DNA of 64,000 bases from Achromobacter sp. (GTDB taxonomy: Bacteria; Pseudomonadota; Gammaproteobacteria; Burkholderiales; Burkholderiaceae_B): assembly GCF_032102605.1 (NCBI RefSeq), contig NZ_DAMDGT010000002.1:55113-119112 (forward strand), written 5' to 3'. The number at the start of each line of letters is the position of its first letter. Positions within the stretch are counted from its first letter, which is position 1. Shown here one piece after another: positions 24,326-33,912 of the stretch. Position numbers and translations under genes: made by a program. The notes below the pieces were generated by a model, which saw only the letters and a list, made by a program, of their open reading frames with translations, was not told the origin of the DNA and did no database searches.

Positions 24326-25519
24326 CTACGAAGCCGAGCGCTCCGGAACCTCGACTGTTCCCGGCTCCAAGCCGCGAGCCATATCGAAGAAGTCGAGCTC
24401 CGTGTAAATCATTGTGGACCTGATATCACGCTGGCGGAGCAGCTTCTGCACAAATCTCACGTCTCGACCCGCCAGCAGTTGCGTCTTCCCGAATGTATGG
24501 CGTAGCCAATGAGTGGACGCCCGCCGCAACAACTCGGCGTCGGCAGTATTTCCTAATCCATCAAGATACTCTGCACACTCGGCGAACTCCTTCTTCACGA
24601 TGTCCCAGAGCGTCGCTCGACGCCGTACCTCGCCCCACTGAAGCGCACCTCGACGCCCTCGGACCGATGGTCGAACGCCATTGTCCGACCGGCGCGTTCG
24701 CCCAGACAACACGAGCGCTGTCGCCTCGCCAGGTTGCGGTGCGGGCGGCAGTCCGAAGGCTTGCCTATACGCTCCAAGCTGCTCGATGAGAGCATAGGGC
24801 ACCGGCACGCGGTCGACGTATCCTCCTTTGCCATGACGCACAAGAAGCGACCAGTACGTTTTCATGGATCGAGGATCGGACATGAGCTCGAAGTCACCCA
24901 TATTCGCCAGCACGACCTCCGAGGCACGCAAGCCGACCCCTTCGATAAGCTGGATCAAAAATCGGTTTCTGGCATACGTTAGTCGTGCCACGAGGGTTAC
25001 ATAATCCCGCTTATCCATGAGCCCGATGACTGTGTCTATTAGGTCAGGCGGAACCGCGTGGCGTGTCGGGGCTGCACGCTGTGCACCGCCGCCCAGTCCA
25101 GCCATCGGATTCTGCTTCACATGACCGGTCTGGAACCAGAACACGAAGAGCGCATGCAACACCTTCTGCGCATGCGACACCGACGTCGGCCCTAAAGGCT
25201 TTCGAAAGGGCGTCCATGCACTGTCGTGCTGAGGCAAACGGCGACGGGAGATGTGCTGGGATGCACGAGTCCGGAGGAAATCGAGGTATGCCAGCACATC
25301 CTGAAGCGTCCAGTGGCTGGGCTGAACCACCCTGAACTTCTCGCAGTACCATTTCAGCCGATCCATCTCGGAACGATAGGAGCTCAACGTACGGGGACTC
25401 ACTGGCGGGTTGCGCGCTTTCAGAGTCGCGATCCAGACCTCAGCTGCCGCCCAGTCGTCGGTCACCAGACCCAGGACAGAGCGACCATCCGAGCCCCCAA
25501 CAACAATATCTGCGCTCAT
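24326..25519 (-). CDS. Tyrosine site-specific recombinase (integrase or resolvase)
   Basis: 397 aa. C-terminal catalytic region GLRASEV...HWLRHTFG...LLRQRDIRSTMIYTELD supplies the R..HxxR..Y residues. An N-terminal SAM-like core-binding domain is present. Confidence 0.85.
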   Translation of the reverse strand: MSADIVVGGSDGRSVLGLVTDDWAAAEVWIATLKARNPPVSPRTLSSYRSEMDRLKWYCEKFRVVQPSHWTLQDVLAYLDFLRTRASQHISRRRLPQHDSAWTPFRKPLGPTSVSHAQKVLHALFVFWFQTGHVKQNPMAGLGGGAQRAAPTRHAVPPDLIDTVIGLMDKRDYVTLVARLTYARNRFLIQLIEGVGLRASEVVLANMGDFELMSDPRSMKTYWSLLVRHGKGGYVDRVPVPYALIEQLGAYRQAFGLPPAPQPGEATALVLSGRTRRSDNGVRPSVRGRRGALQWGEVRRRATLWDIVKKEFAECAEYLDGLGNTADAELLRRASTHWLRHTFGKTQLLAGRDVRFVQKLLRQRDIRSTMIYTELDFFDMARGLEPGTVEVPERSAS

Positions 25520-26262
25520 TCGGCAGCCCTCCCACTGGTGGCCGAACGACGATAGGCTTCAAGCATTTCGCGCTCCTTCACTCTTTTGGCGTGCACTGAC
25601 TCCAGTGTTTCCTTCAGCAGGCGAGCCTCTCCTCTGGACTGCTCAATTGCGTAGAGCGCGAACAACCTGTTCCCTTCTGAGAATCGCGCATTCTGAGCCA
25701 ATGCCGCCCCAAGCTCGCCGTTCCTCATGAGCAGCTGATCGGCAATTTCCCTGACCGCGAGCAGCGCTGCCTCGGCTGCGCGTCGCTCCTGGACTGCGAT
25801 CGCCAACTCTGACCTCATCCGTGCGCAGTCCGCCTCCAAGTGCTGTATACGCGCTCGTTGGTGAGACAGTTGCACCGCGAGCGCGGATATAGCCGGATCT
25901 CGTGCTTCGCCCGTATCGTGACGTACAACATGAGCGGCAGAGGGCCGCGCATCGGCTTGGCCCTCAGTGGCAACAAGGCCTGAGTATCCACTTGCGATCT
26001 CGCTTTCCACCTTCAGCTTGGCTGCGTGTACCGTCGACTGCGAGGGAGAAAACGGGGCACCGAATGCCTTTAGCATTGATCGGTAAGTGCCAGCGCCATG
26101 CAGGCGGCCAGTGGCGCTGTAGGCCAATCTTATGAATGCGACCAGGTAGGCCTCGTTTCCCTGCACCTGCGCATCAGGCAGTAGCCCGAGGCCCGAGGTA
26201 ATGGCGCGAACCTGTTCATCTGAAAGCAGCGACTCTCTCCGACCGGACATTTTTCTAGCCAA
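25516..26262 (-). CDS. Coiled-coil protein (possibly KfrA-like), function unknown
   Basis: 248 aa with a long heptad-like C-terminal half (HQRARIQHLEADCARMRSELAIAVQERRAAEAALLAV...). Overlaps the recombinase start by 4 nt and the upstream gene by 8 nt. Confidence 0.5.
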   Translation of the reverse strand: MARKMSGRRESLLSDEQVRAITSGLGLLPDAQVQGNEAYLVAFIRLAYSATGRLHGAGTYRSMLKAFGAPFSPSQSTVHAAKLKVESEIASGYSGLVATEGQADARPSAAHVVRHDTGEARDPAISALAVQLSHQRARIQHLEADCARMRSELAIAVQERRAAEAALLAVREIADQLLMRNGELGAALAQNARFSEGNRLFALYAIEQSRGEARLLKETLESVHAKRVKEREMLEAYRRSATSGRAAE

Positions 26263-26857
26263 ACATGTTGCCCATTTGCGCTAGCGCCGCACGCTCGGCG
26301 TCGGACAGCACGTCGCCTTCGTTCGGGTCTATGCGCTCGGACTCGCCAGCGCCTCCTTGTTCCGAGCCCACCGAGTCCTTCGCAGGCACCGCCGCCTCCG
26401 GTGCGACGGATACTGGGGGGGCAGCGATGGAGCGAGACTCCGGCACCGCTGGCGTCGGCCTAGCGGGCGGTTGCGTCTCGCCAGCGGAGAAAGAACCTGT
26501 CGCCGCCCCCTTCTCCGCCGGCGGAAAAGCGGCACCGACTTCCGTGCCCGACCGAAGCGCCTCGATGTCAAACGCCGGCGTTCCCAGCGCCTGCGGCGGT
26601 CGGGGTGCCGGCCGTCGCGTCTCAGCTTGCAGACCGCCAGGCCCGCTTAGGGCAGCCTGCACGGCGGCATCCAGCGTACCTTGTTCGAGATGGTGCAGGA
26701 ACCATTGATACAACACCCCTCGAATGAGCGGCGTCTCCTGCCGGTAGGGCAACGCCGCCAGAAACCGCAGCATGCCCGGGCATTGCGTTTCCCTCACGAT
26801 AAGCGGCATGCGCCGCTCAGTCTCGTCCGGATCGTAGATCTTCTGGTGACGCGGCAT
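26255..26857 (-). CDS. ParR-like or adaptor candidate (small N-terminal domain plus Pro/Ala-rich tail)
   Basis: ATG at 26857 lies 2 nt after the parM stop and gives MPRHQKIYDPDETERRMPLIVRETQCPGMLRFLAALPYRQETPLIRGVLYQWFL..., then a low-complexity tail. Assignment rests on position only. Confidence 0.4.
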   Translation of the reverse strand: MPRHQKIYDPDETERRMPLIVRETQCPGMLRFLAALPYRQETPLIRGVLYQWFLHHLEQGTLDAAVQAALSGPGGLQAETRRPAPRPPQALGTPAFDIEALRSGTEVGAAFPPAEKGAATGSFSAGETQPPARPTPAVPESRSIAAPPVSVAPEAAVPAKDSVGSEQGGAGESERIDPNEGDVLSDAERAALAQMGNMFG

Positions 26858-26859
26858 AG

Positions 26860-27876
26860 TCAAGCCGCCTTGACAGACGTCCGAGCCGCGCTTTGCTGCT
26901 TCAGCTGACCGACAGCAAATCGGCAGAAGCCGTTGGCAACAGCCATGCGAGGCTCCTCCAACAGGATCGTGTGCGGCCATTTCTCGCTCAGCGTTTCCGC
27001 CAGGAATACGGCGCCGCCCCCCGCCAGCAACACCCCGTCCAGCGTGGATACCTCGCGCGACAGGAGCGTATCCGCTTCTGCAAGGATAAGCTGCGCAACA
27101 GGACGGACCGCCTCAGCCACATCCTTCGTGACGTCGACCTTCTGTCCGAAGTGTTTCACGGAGCCGGCGATCAACGCAGCATGGCATTCCCGATCACCAA
27201 CGCGAATTCCCCGGTCGGCCAGTATTGCCGCCAGCCGCTTGACCGACGATCCCATGCCATCGCAGCTGCCGAAAGCTCCCGCGATATGGCGGCCATTTCG
27301 AACGAGCAAAAAGTCCGTCGTGAAATGTCCGATCTCGATGACGGCCCAGGACAGCGGCTGACCGTCGTCACCCGAGAAGCGTTCCTTCACAGGGACGCCG
27401 CTCTGATTGAGGACATGTTGGAAATAGGCGCCGGCGGGCTGGGGGATTACTTTGACGTCGGTGCCAGCGACCGATTTAGTGATCTCGGCCAGCTTGTCCT
27501 TCTGATGGTCAAACACGTTGGAGGGGGATCCGATCACGATGTACGCGTCCTCAAGACCCTTCACGCCTCTGGCCTTCAGCCGGGCCAGGGCGGAGGCTAC
27601 AAGTGCCTTGTAGCCAGGCTTCTCGATCCAATCGTCGTCCATTCCGATGTTCGTTCCGCGGCCGCCTTGAAGACGAGCAGTCTCGCCAGTGAAGTAGCTC
27701 CGCCCTTCGACAGCGACCGTCTCATTCGCGGCTTCGGCAGCCGTAGCCTCGTCGGCGATGTGGAATGCTTCGCACACATCAGACGGGAAGAGGAACCGAT
27801 CAAACAGGCCGGAGGCGTGAGAAACAACTTTGACCGCGCTGCGGCCGATGTCCAATCCAATGCAAGTACGGTTCAT
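26860..27876 (-). CDS. parM: ParM/StbA-family actin-like segregation ATPase
   Basis: MNRTCIGLDIGRSAVKVV (phosphate-1 motif), VIGSPSNVF, AVIEIGHFTTDF (phosphate-2) and LLAGGGAVFL (adenosine motif). ATG at 27876 with a GAGGGA RBS. Confidence 0.7.
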   Translation of the reverse strand: MNRTCIGLDIGRSAVKVVSHASGLFDRFLFPSDVCEAFHIADEATAAEAANETVAVEGRSYFTGETARLQGGRGTNIGMDDDWIEKPGYKALVASALARLKARGVKGLEDAYIVIGSPSNVFDHQKDKLAEITKSVAGTDVKVIPQPAGAYFQHVLNQSGVPVKERFSGDDGQPLSWAVIEIGHFTTDFLLVRNGRHIAGAFGSCDGMGSSVKRLAAILADRGIRVGDRECHAALIAGSVKHFGQKVDVTKDVAEAVRPVAQLILAEADTLLSREVSTLDGVLLAGGGAVFLAETLSEKWPHTILLEEPRMAVANGFCRFAVGQLKQQSAARTSVKAA

Positions 27877-28162
27877 GCGCAAAAATCCCTCAGGTGGCAT
27901 TGATCAATGGGCAGTACACACTGCACCAATGAGCGAATCCTAGGCATCGATGCAAGCGGCTACAAGAGCGCGCGCCAAAAAAGCGATTTGAGCATCGGAA
28001 TGGATTGCACAATCCAAAACGATTGCCGCCTCGCGATGGCAAGCAGCGACTCGCGTCGGCACCGATGAAATTGCGAATTGAGTCCTCCACCGCCTCATGA
28101 TTACCACCCTTTCTCCACTTGGAAGCCGTCGCATTGCGACAAAACCTACTTTGGAGAGAGTT

Positions 28163-28948
28163 ATGGACTTGGTGAAAAGCGTCAGCATTGGCAATCTATT
28201 GAACCAGCGAGAGGCAGTTCTGCAACGTCTGCGCTCAGCTCGCGATCTGATCGAAGAGGCACGCAAGATCGCGAGCGCTGCGCATCTAGGCTGCGTCGAG
28301 GACATGTTCTCGCCAGGCCGCTATGGTTTCGCGGGCAATTTCCTAACGGGTGACTTCGGGAATGTTGAACGATGGATCGATAAGGCAGGGTGGGAGTACC
28401 TGATGGCGGAAAGCGGAATCCGCACTTTTATGGACTCCGCAACCCGCCAGCGGTGGGCCGAGGCGATGAACAAAGAGGAGATCCCTCCTCTCACCGTGGA
28501 TGTCATCGCCTCCACCTTCGGGCAGCTGTACGACAATCGGCAACAGATGTTCGAGAATGGCGTGGTCGAGATATTCCGGCGGCTGAGCTGGAACTACAAG
28601 ACCAACGAGCCATTCAAGTTTGGGCGACGAATCGTCTTAAGCTACATCCTTCAGTCTGATCGTTGGGGTGGCGCATATCCTCGGAACTGCGATCAGCTCG
28701 ATGACCTGGAACGTGCGCTCTATGTTTTGGACGGCAAGCCAGAGCCCGACCACCGGCAGTCGATCGGCACTATCGTTCGAAGCAAGATCTACGGAAAGGA
28801 ATGGAGTGCGGAAACCGACTACTTCGCACTTCGCTGGTACAAGAAAGGATCGGCTCATGTCACTTTCAAGCGACCAGACTTGATTGGCAAGCTGAATTCA
28901 ATTCTTGCGGCGCGCTATCCGAACGCCTTGGCGTCCGACACGCGCTGA
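28163..28948 (+). CDS. Hypothetical protein, possibly DUF4942 family
   Basis: GGAGAG RBS then MDLVKSVSIGNLLNQREAVLQRL...; the segment FRRLSWNYKTNEPFKFGRRIVLSY...HVTFKRPDL is reminiscent of DUF4942 proteins of genomic islands (from memory, unverified). Confidence 0.4.
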   Translation: MDLVKSVSIGNLLNQREAVLQRLRSARDLIEEARKIASAAHLGCVEDMFSPGRYGFAGNFLTGDFGNVERWIDKAGWEYLMAESGIRTFMDSATRQRWAEAMNKEEIPPLTVDVIASTFGQLYDNRQQMFENGVVEIFRRLSWNYKTNEPFKFGRRIVLSYILQSDRWGGAYPRNCDQLDDLERALYVLDGKPEPDHRQSIGTIVRSKIYGKEWSAETDYFALRWYKKGSAHVTFKRPDLIGKLNSILAARYPNALASDTR

Positions 28949-28956
28949 CACACCAA

Positions 28957-28983
28957 CCCACGGCCTCGCCGTGGGTTTTTTTT
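28957..28983 (+). terminator. Rho-independent terminator
   Basis: CCCACGG-CCTCG-CCGTGGG stem followed by T8, directly after the stop at 28948. Confidence 0.8.
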
Positions 28984-28987
28984 CGGC

Positions 28988-29021
28988 AAAAAAAACCCGA
29001 ACCGAATGGTTCGGGCGTTTT
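28988..29021 (-). terminator. Rho-independent terminator for the minus-strand tra block
   Basis: CCCGAACC-GAAT-GGTTCGGG stem with an A8 run on the plus strand (T8 on minus), just downstream of the stop at 29036. Confidence 0.8.
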
Positions 29022-29035
29022 AGGCTTGCCTCCGG

Positions 29036-29620
29036 CTATCCCGCGCCGTTAGCCGCGGCCGAGCGCTTTCGTTCCTTCAGCGTGCTGCACGATGGCCGCA
29101 GATCACTACCACGATGCAAGTCGGGGTCGGCGTTATACACCTGGTACGGCGCCTGGCCAAACACTCCCGCCGGCATTTTTGCCACTACAACCTGGTCGCC
29201 GACATCGATGCAGTTAATGCGCAGCATCATTTCCAAATACTCTCCCGGGACCGGTACCTCAGCAACCGTCTTGCCAGCATCGGCCACCACAATCACGGGC
29301 GGCGCTCCACGTGTGCTTGCGGTGATCAGATCGGCGATGATGCCTACTGCCCCCAGGGCCAGCGAGCCCTGGCCCACCGACATTCCAGCATAGGCGGTCG
29401 CAGCTGCTCCAATACCGGCGTCACCGACCATATCACCAGCAGCTCTCGCAAGGCTGGTCACAGTGCCATCCTTCTCGGTCACGCGAATGTCGACCATGGT
29501 TCCCTTAGCAACCACAGGCGCCCCGGCGACATACTCCTTGCCGTCCTTCACCTGCACACTGGTGTTGGCGCATCCGACGAGTGTCAACCCCAGGAAAAAC
29601 GAGAAAATAAACCGCTTCAT
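29036..29620 (-). CDS. Lipoprotein with glycine-zipper-like segment, function unknown
   Basis: MKRFIFSFFLGLTLVGC lipobox and GDAGIGAAATAYAGMSVGQGSLALGAVGII. Last gene of the traW-traN transcription unit. Confidence 0.55.
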   Translation of the reverse strand: MKRFIFSFFLGLTLVGCANTSVQVKDGKEYVAGAPVVAKGTMVDIRVTEKDGTVTSLARAAGDMVGDAGIGAAATAYAGMSVGQGSLALGAVGIIADLITASTRGAPPVIVVADAGKTVAEVPVPGEYLEMMLRINCIDVGDQVVVAKMPAGVFGQAPYQVYNADPDLHRGSDLRPSCSTLKERKRSAAANGAG

Positions 29621-29705
29621 AGCTCCTCCGAAAGTATGTCAAATCGTATCAAACTTTTCAGTACAGCAACCGATTGACATACGGTCGTTTACATTTGATG
29701 GTGGC

Positions 29706-31448
29706 TTAGGGAGCAACACCCAGGGCCTTCTTGCAGTCGCCGTCTGGCATACGGGTCCAATCTCCGCCGACCGCCTCCAGCGCTTTACGGCAACCGGCGG
29801 CGACCGCATCTTCCGTCCAGGTCCCGGACTTCGCCTTGTTCAGGTCGAACTGGGCGTATTGCGTTTCCACAGCGGCCATGACGTCTACCAAGAACTCGGA
29901 CAGGTCGATCTGAGAAAAGTCGATTTTCTCCAGCTCGGCCGGCGTGAACCCATCGCAGGTCGGATCCTTTTCGTCGCCCCAGCCTTTCCCAAGCTGCGCC
30001 CGCCCCTGTTCATTGATGATCCGAGCAAGTTTGGAGTTGTAGCAGCAGTAAGACTGCTTGCGCGTCGCGCAGGCGCCCAGCACCTTTTTGGAGCACCAAG
30101 AACCAATTCGGTCAGTACAAAGCCCCGCGTCGCGTTTCAACGCCAGTTCCATTTCCTTCTGATCGCAGCTCATGACTTCCATGACGAACTGCATGGCGAT
30201 GGCGAATGCAAGCGCATAGGGGTTGAAATACAACGCCGGGAAACCCGTGCCGGCGCCGCCGGCGAGCAGATAGCCCTGAGTGCCCAAGAACGCTCCTGTA
30301 CCTCCGATGGAGACCCCGTACATCCCAAAGCTGGGGCCACTGCCTAGCCAGTTGGCAATGCCCTCAGATGCGGCCTGGCTCGTATTGGTGACCATCGAGC
30401 CCATACCGCTTGAGAGCCAGCCTACCGCGTCCGATGAGCCATACAGCATGTCGAAAACATACTTCGAGCCCGATCGAAGCGCAGCGCCACCGGCGGCGGA
30501 GAACAGTTCAGTGGCGAAAGCGTTGTTCGACTTTGCGCCGCCCTTCTTCGTACAACAGTTCTTGAGACCGAACCCTCGCGCTGAGCGACACGACTCGCCC
30601 ACGCCGCCGAAGATATCAAGGCCGTCGGGGTTATAGACACCAATTTGGCGCGCGATTTCCATGTCAGCTACGACTTGTGCGAAATCGCCGTCCGGCTCCC
30701 ACCCCGACTCGAAGCAGATGCCGCCAATGCAGATCGTGTTATCGCCGCAGTATTCGTACTCGCGCTGCTGACCCCGCTTGACCAAGCACCGATACTCCAT
30801 CTCGTATTCCACGCATCCGATGCCTGGCAAGTCCGTGATGCACTGACGCGTGTATGCTGTGCACTCAGACCTGTCGCGCAATGGTTGGCACGTATCGGCA
30901 ATGTTGTCGGTGATGCACGTGTAGTCCCGCTGCCATTTCCAGCATCCACCGACCTCGGCTAAAGTCACCTCATAGCTGTTGATCACCTTGGAGGGCGAAG
31001 TGTCCACGCACACTCGACGGTTGAGCTCGCAGCTCTTCACGCCTGTCTGGCCCGCTTCTTTGCTTGGATCGACACAAGCGTCGATCCAACCGTCGGGGCT
31101 GCATACCGATACGCCGTCCTTGGTCATGTAGCTGACGCACTGCCGCTCTGGGATGGTGTTACCGGGGCAAGAAGAAATGGGAGGACTGGCGGCCGCCGAC
31201 GCAGCCATGGCAGTCGCCTTCGCCCGCATGGCCATCGGATAACATGCCTCCACCATTCCATCGGCGGTACAAACCGTCTGGCCCTGCTCGTTGGTCGTCG
31301 TTGCTTGACACCGCGACTCCCAGACTTCACCGACCTCGCATCTCAACGGGACCGTCGGGTGATCGAAGGGATGTTTGGCGGCCGTCGCGGCCGCCGGCAA
31401 CAGCACCATGCATGCCACGGCAATCCATACGGTCGAAATCAGACGCAT
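29706..31448 (-). CDS. traN: F-type mating-pair stabilisation protein TraN
   Basis: 580 aa, signal peptide, very Cys-rich. C-terminal GSWCSKKVLGACATRKQSYCCYNSKLARIINEQGRAQLGKGWG...CDGFTPAELEKIDFSQIDLSEF matches the conserved TraN C-terminus. Confidence 0.85.
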   Translation of the reverse strand: MRLISTVWIAVACMVLLPAAATAAKHPFDHPTVPLRCEVGEVWESRCQATTTNEQGQTVCTADGMVEACYPMAMRAKATAMAASAAASPPISSCPGNTIPERQCVSYMTKDGVSVCSPDGWIDACVDPSKEAGQTGVKSCELNRRVCVDTSPSKVINSYEVTLAEVGGCWKWQRDYTCITDNIADTCQPLRDRSECTAYTRQCITDLPGIGCVEYEMEYRCLVKRGQQREYEYCGDNTICIGGICFESGWEPDGDFAQVVADMEIARQIGVYNPDGLDIFGGVGESCRSARGFGLKNCCTKKGGAKSNNAFATELFSAAGGAALRSGSKYVFDMLYGSSDAVGWLSSGMGSMVTNTSQAASEGIANWLGSGPSFGMYGVSIGGTGAFLGTQGYLLAGGAGTGFPALYFNPYALAFAIAMQFVMEVMSCDQKEMELALKRDAGLCTDRIGSWCSKKVLGACATRKQSYCCYNSKLARIINEQGRAQLGKGWGDEKDPTCDGFTPAELEKIDFSQIDLSEFLVDVMAAVETQYAQFDLNKAKSGTWTEDAVAAGCRKALEAVGGDWTRMPDGDCKKALGVAP

Positions 31449-31455
31449 AGAAGCC

Positions 31456-32592
31456 TCACTTCACTGCTGCGGCAAGGGCCGAGCAGTTGTTGTTCCACTG
31501 GACGGAAACTCGGCGCTCCGGCACGCAGAAGTTGTACTGAGAGTAATCATGGATGTCGGGATACCCCGCGCCGCCCCTGATGTGATAGTTGTTGAAGCGG
31601 AATGTGCACTGGTCAATGACCTGTGAATAAACGACAAACCACTCGCCGCAATTGCCGTTTGCACCGCACCGATACCCCTGCGTCATCGCCGTCTGAGCGC
31701 CGTAAATCGAGATGCGCTCGGTCTTCGTCCCGAAGTCGGTGACTTCGCACGGATAGTCCATGCCGGCATCTCCGCCGCTGTTGCACGTCTCCCAGTGCGT
31801 CCCGATCGGAACGTGGTAGCCCGTCACATCAGCCCAACCCTGCTTCGGATTGACGGTTATCGTCCAATCGGGGGCCTTCGAATTTGCCACCACTCGGACA
31901 TACTCCGCATCCGGCAGGACCTGGTCATAGTAGATCTGGACCGTGGGTTCCTCGGTGCATGACTTCTCCGCGATCAAGTTGGCTTCTGTGCAATTCTCTG
32001 TCGCGTATTCGTCGGGCTCCGTCACCACGCGCGTTTCGCAACCCTTTCCAGTCGAGTCGTCCGAGATGGGAGGCGGCCCGAAGTTGCACACCGGATCTAA
32101 TGGATCATTGCAAGGCTCGACAGTTACGCGTCCGCGATACTCGCCGGCGAGAAAGTTGATTCCCTCGCACTCTTGGTCAAACACTTTCACTTGATCGGAT
32201 ACAGCTTTCTGTCGTTGCTCAGCACTCATTCGATCCCATTGGCCCGGAGCAAGATATGCCTTGGCACTCTCCACTGGATCGAACCCTTCTCGGTCACATG
32301 TCCCCCCCGAATACGTCTTGCTCTGGGTGATGCGCCCGACGCCAATGTTCATCATGTCGCCATAGCCTCCCTGGTAGTCGCTCTGCTGCTTGACGTCCTT
32401 CTTCGTGAATGGCAGCTGCGAAGCGGTTTCCTCGCTGATCGACGACGTTCCCTCCTGTTGCCGTTGCGCTTTTCCGAACGCAACACCTGCGTCATGAGCG
32501 GCTTGTCCGATCTGAGCATGCGCACCGCAGCTGGCCGCGACCAAGCACGCACCCAGCAAAACCTTTCGCATAACGGCCTTTGCTTCCATCAC
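31456..32592 (-). CDS. Cys-rich secreted protein, unknown (sits between trbC and traN)
   Basis: Signal peptide (LLGACLVAASCGAHA) and about 20 cysteines in paired patterns (CNDPLDPVC, CTEANLIAEKSC, CGANGNC). No family recognised. Confidence 0.55.
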   Translation of the reverse strand: MMEAKAVMRKVLLGACLVAASCGAHAQIGQAAHDAGVAFGKAQRQQEGTSSISEETASQLPFTKKDVKQQSDYQGGYGDMMNIGVGRITQSKTYSGGTCDREGFDPVESAKAYLAPGQWDRMSAEQRQKAVSDQVKVFDQECEGINFLAGEYRGRVTVEPCNDPLDPVCNFGPPPISDDSTGKGCETRVVTEPDEYATENCTEANLIAEKSCTEEPTVQIYYDQVLPDAEYVRVVANSKAPDWTITVNPKQGWADVTGYHVPIGTHWETCNSGGDAGMDYPCEVTDFGTKTERISIYGAQTAMTQGYRCGANGNCGEWFVVYSQVIDQCTFRFNNYHIRGGAGYPDIHDYSQYNFCVPERRVSVQWNNNCSALAAAVK

Positions 32593-33011
32593 TTCCCCCC
32601 GATCGACGAGCTCATGAACGGGCCGCTCTCCATACCCCTGGGCCCATTGAGGGGAGGCTCGCCGTCAGCGCATATGTTCAGTTGAATACTCGGTAATTGC
32701 ACATCGACGAGAGTCCCGGCCAAGGTCGGGACGCCACCTTGCCGAATGTCTACCTGGAGCCGTGCACACCCCTCCTGCGCCAACGGACGGACTACCCGGA
32801 CTTGCACATTGACCGGCTGCGTTGAACGTGTCGCCGCCTTGATGGCAGCAGCGTGCGGGCCGCCCAGTTCGCCAAGCACCTCACCGCTTGGCGCCTTCAA
32901 AGCGGAAATCAATAGTTCGGTATCGAGGCCCGGCAATACCTGCTGACTCAACACGGGCGCGTGTACAGCGACGAACGCGGACAACACGAAGGCTCGCGCA
33001 CAAGTCTTCAT
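32589..33011 (-). CDS. Small secreted protein, unknown
   Basis: ATG at 33011 overlaps the trbC stop and gives MKTCARAFVLSAFVAVHAPVLSQ (signal peptide). Confidence 0.5.
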   Translation of the reverse strand: MKTCARAFVLSAFVAVHAPVLSQQVLPGLDTELLISALKAPSGEVLGELGGPHAAAIKAATRSTQPVNVQVRVVRPLAQEGCARLQVDIRQGGVPTLAGTLVDVQLPSIQLNICADGEPPLNGPRGMESGPFMSSSIGGK

Positions 33012-33859
33012 CGCTGACCTCCCGGCGGTGCCGCGGCTTCCCTCTGCTTCAAGATCGCCGAGCGCCACGTCCTGGCCGCGTCCGCCACTGCCGGCGATGA
33101 GCTACGCCGTTGCATGACGTCGAGCGCTGCGACGATGGACAGATCGCCTTCCACCTTACCGTACAGGCTGCGAGGTGAGCAGGAGGACGAAGCGCCTTCA
33201 GGGCAGCCCTCCTCCAGTGCGGAGGCTGCCCCAGTGAGCACGACAGTCGGCACGGCAGTCACATTAAACATAGAAAACAGATTGGGATTGATCTCCCATG
33301 TGGCGCCCGCGGGATTCACGCTGGCCGCCGCTGTCTGCGTCGCGGAGAGTCGGCTTTCCTTCATGCCCCGCAGCACGAGTGTCGCTCCCGCTTCCTTTGC
33401 CTGGGCAGCGAGATTCTCCAAAACGCTTTCGGGCATCGAGAACGACACAAAGACAATGAGGGCATTCTCGGGCACAGCACCATGGCCGCCTTCACCTTGT
33501 GCCATTCCCATCGCCCTGCCTTGGGCCCGTTCGAAATCTGCGATAGCTTTGTCGAGGCCCTGCACTCGCGCCCGCGCCTCCTCCACATCGGATCGGTAAC
33601 GCTGACGTTCAGCTGCCGACGCAGGAGCATCGAAATTCTTCAAAGATGGTGCGAGCTTGGTCCCTTCCTGTCGAAGTGCTTCTTGCGTAGCGCGACGGAA
33701 GCTCTCTGTTGTGGCATTCATATCTGCCGCACCCGGCATTTCAAGTTGAATCGCCGGCATATCCTCTGGAACCGAGCCCAGAACCTGCGCTCCTGCACCT
33801 ACGTGCAGCGATAGGGCTATAGCCAGGCCGGCACGCGGCGCGAATTTGTGTCCAATCAC
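33008..33859 (-). CDS. trbC: F-type pilus assembly protein TrbC
   Basis: Signal peptide, a coiled segment, then LIVFVSFSMPESVLENLAAQAKEAGATLVLRGM and INPNLFSMFNVTAVPTVVL, typical of type-F TrbC. Confidence 0.75.
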   Translation of the reverse strand: MIGHKFAPRAGLAIALSLHVGAGAQVLGSVPEDMPAIQLEMPGAADMNATTESFRRATQEALRQEGTKLAPSLKNFDAPASAAERQRYRSDVEEARARVQGLDKAIADFERAQGRAMGMAQGEGGHGAVPENALIVFVSFSMPESVLENLAAQAKEAGATLVLRGMKESRLSATQTAAASVNPAGATWEINPNLFSMFNVTAVPTVVLTGAASALEEGCPEGASSSCSPRSLYGKVEGDLSIVAALDVMQRRSSSPAVADAARTWRSAILKQREAAAPPGGQR

Positions 33860-33912
33860 TTTTTGACTCGCTCAAGAAAAATCGAATAGGTATGGCGGAT
33901 CAGCCCTGCGCA

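Noticed and set aside
26893-27903. 336-aa plus-strand ORF covering the parM locus
   Set aside because: It is antisense to a frame that carries the actin-fold phosphate and adenosine motifs. Its own translation is low-complexity, so it is treated as a shadow ORF.
27901-28140. Search for parC-like iterons upstream of parM
   Set aside because: I found only irregularly spaced ATTGC pentamers (28004, 28022, 28070, 28133) and one 6-bp inverted repeat (GGATTG-CA-CAATCC). The spacing is not periodic, so no centromere call is made.
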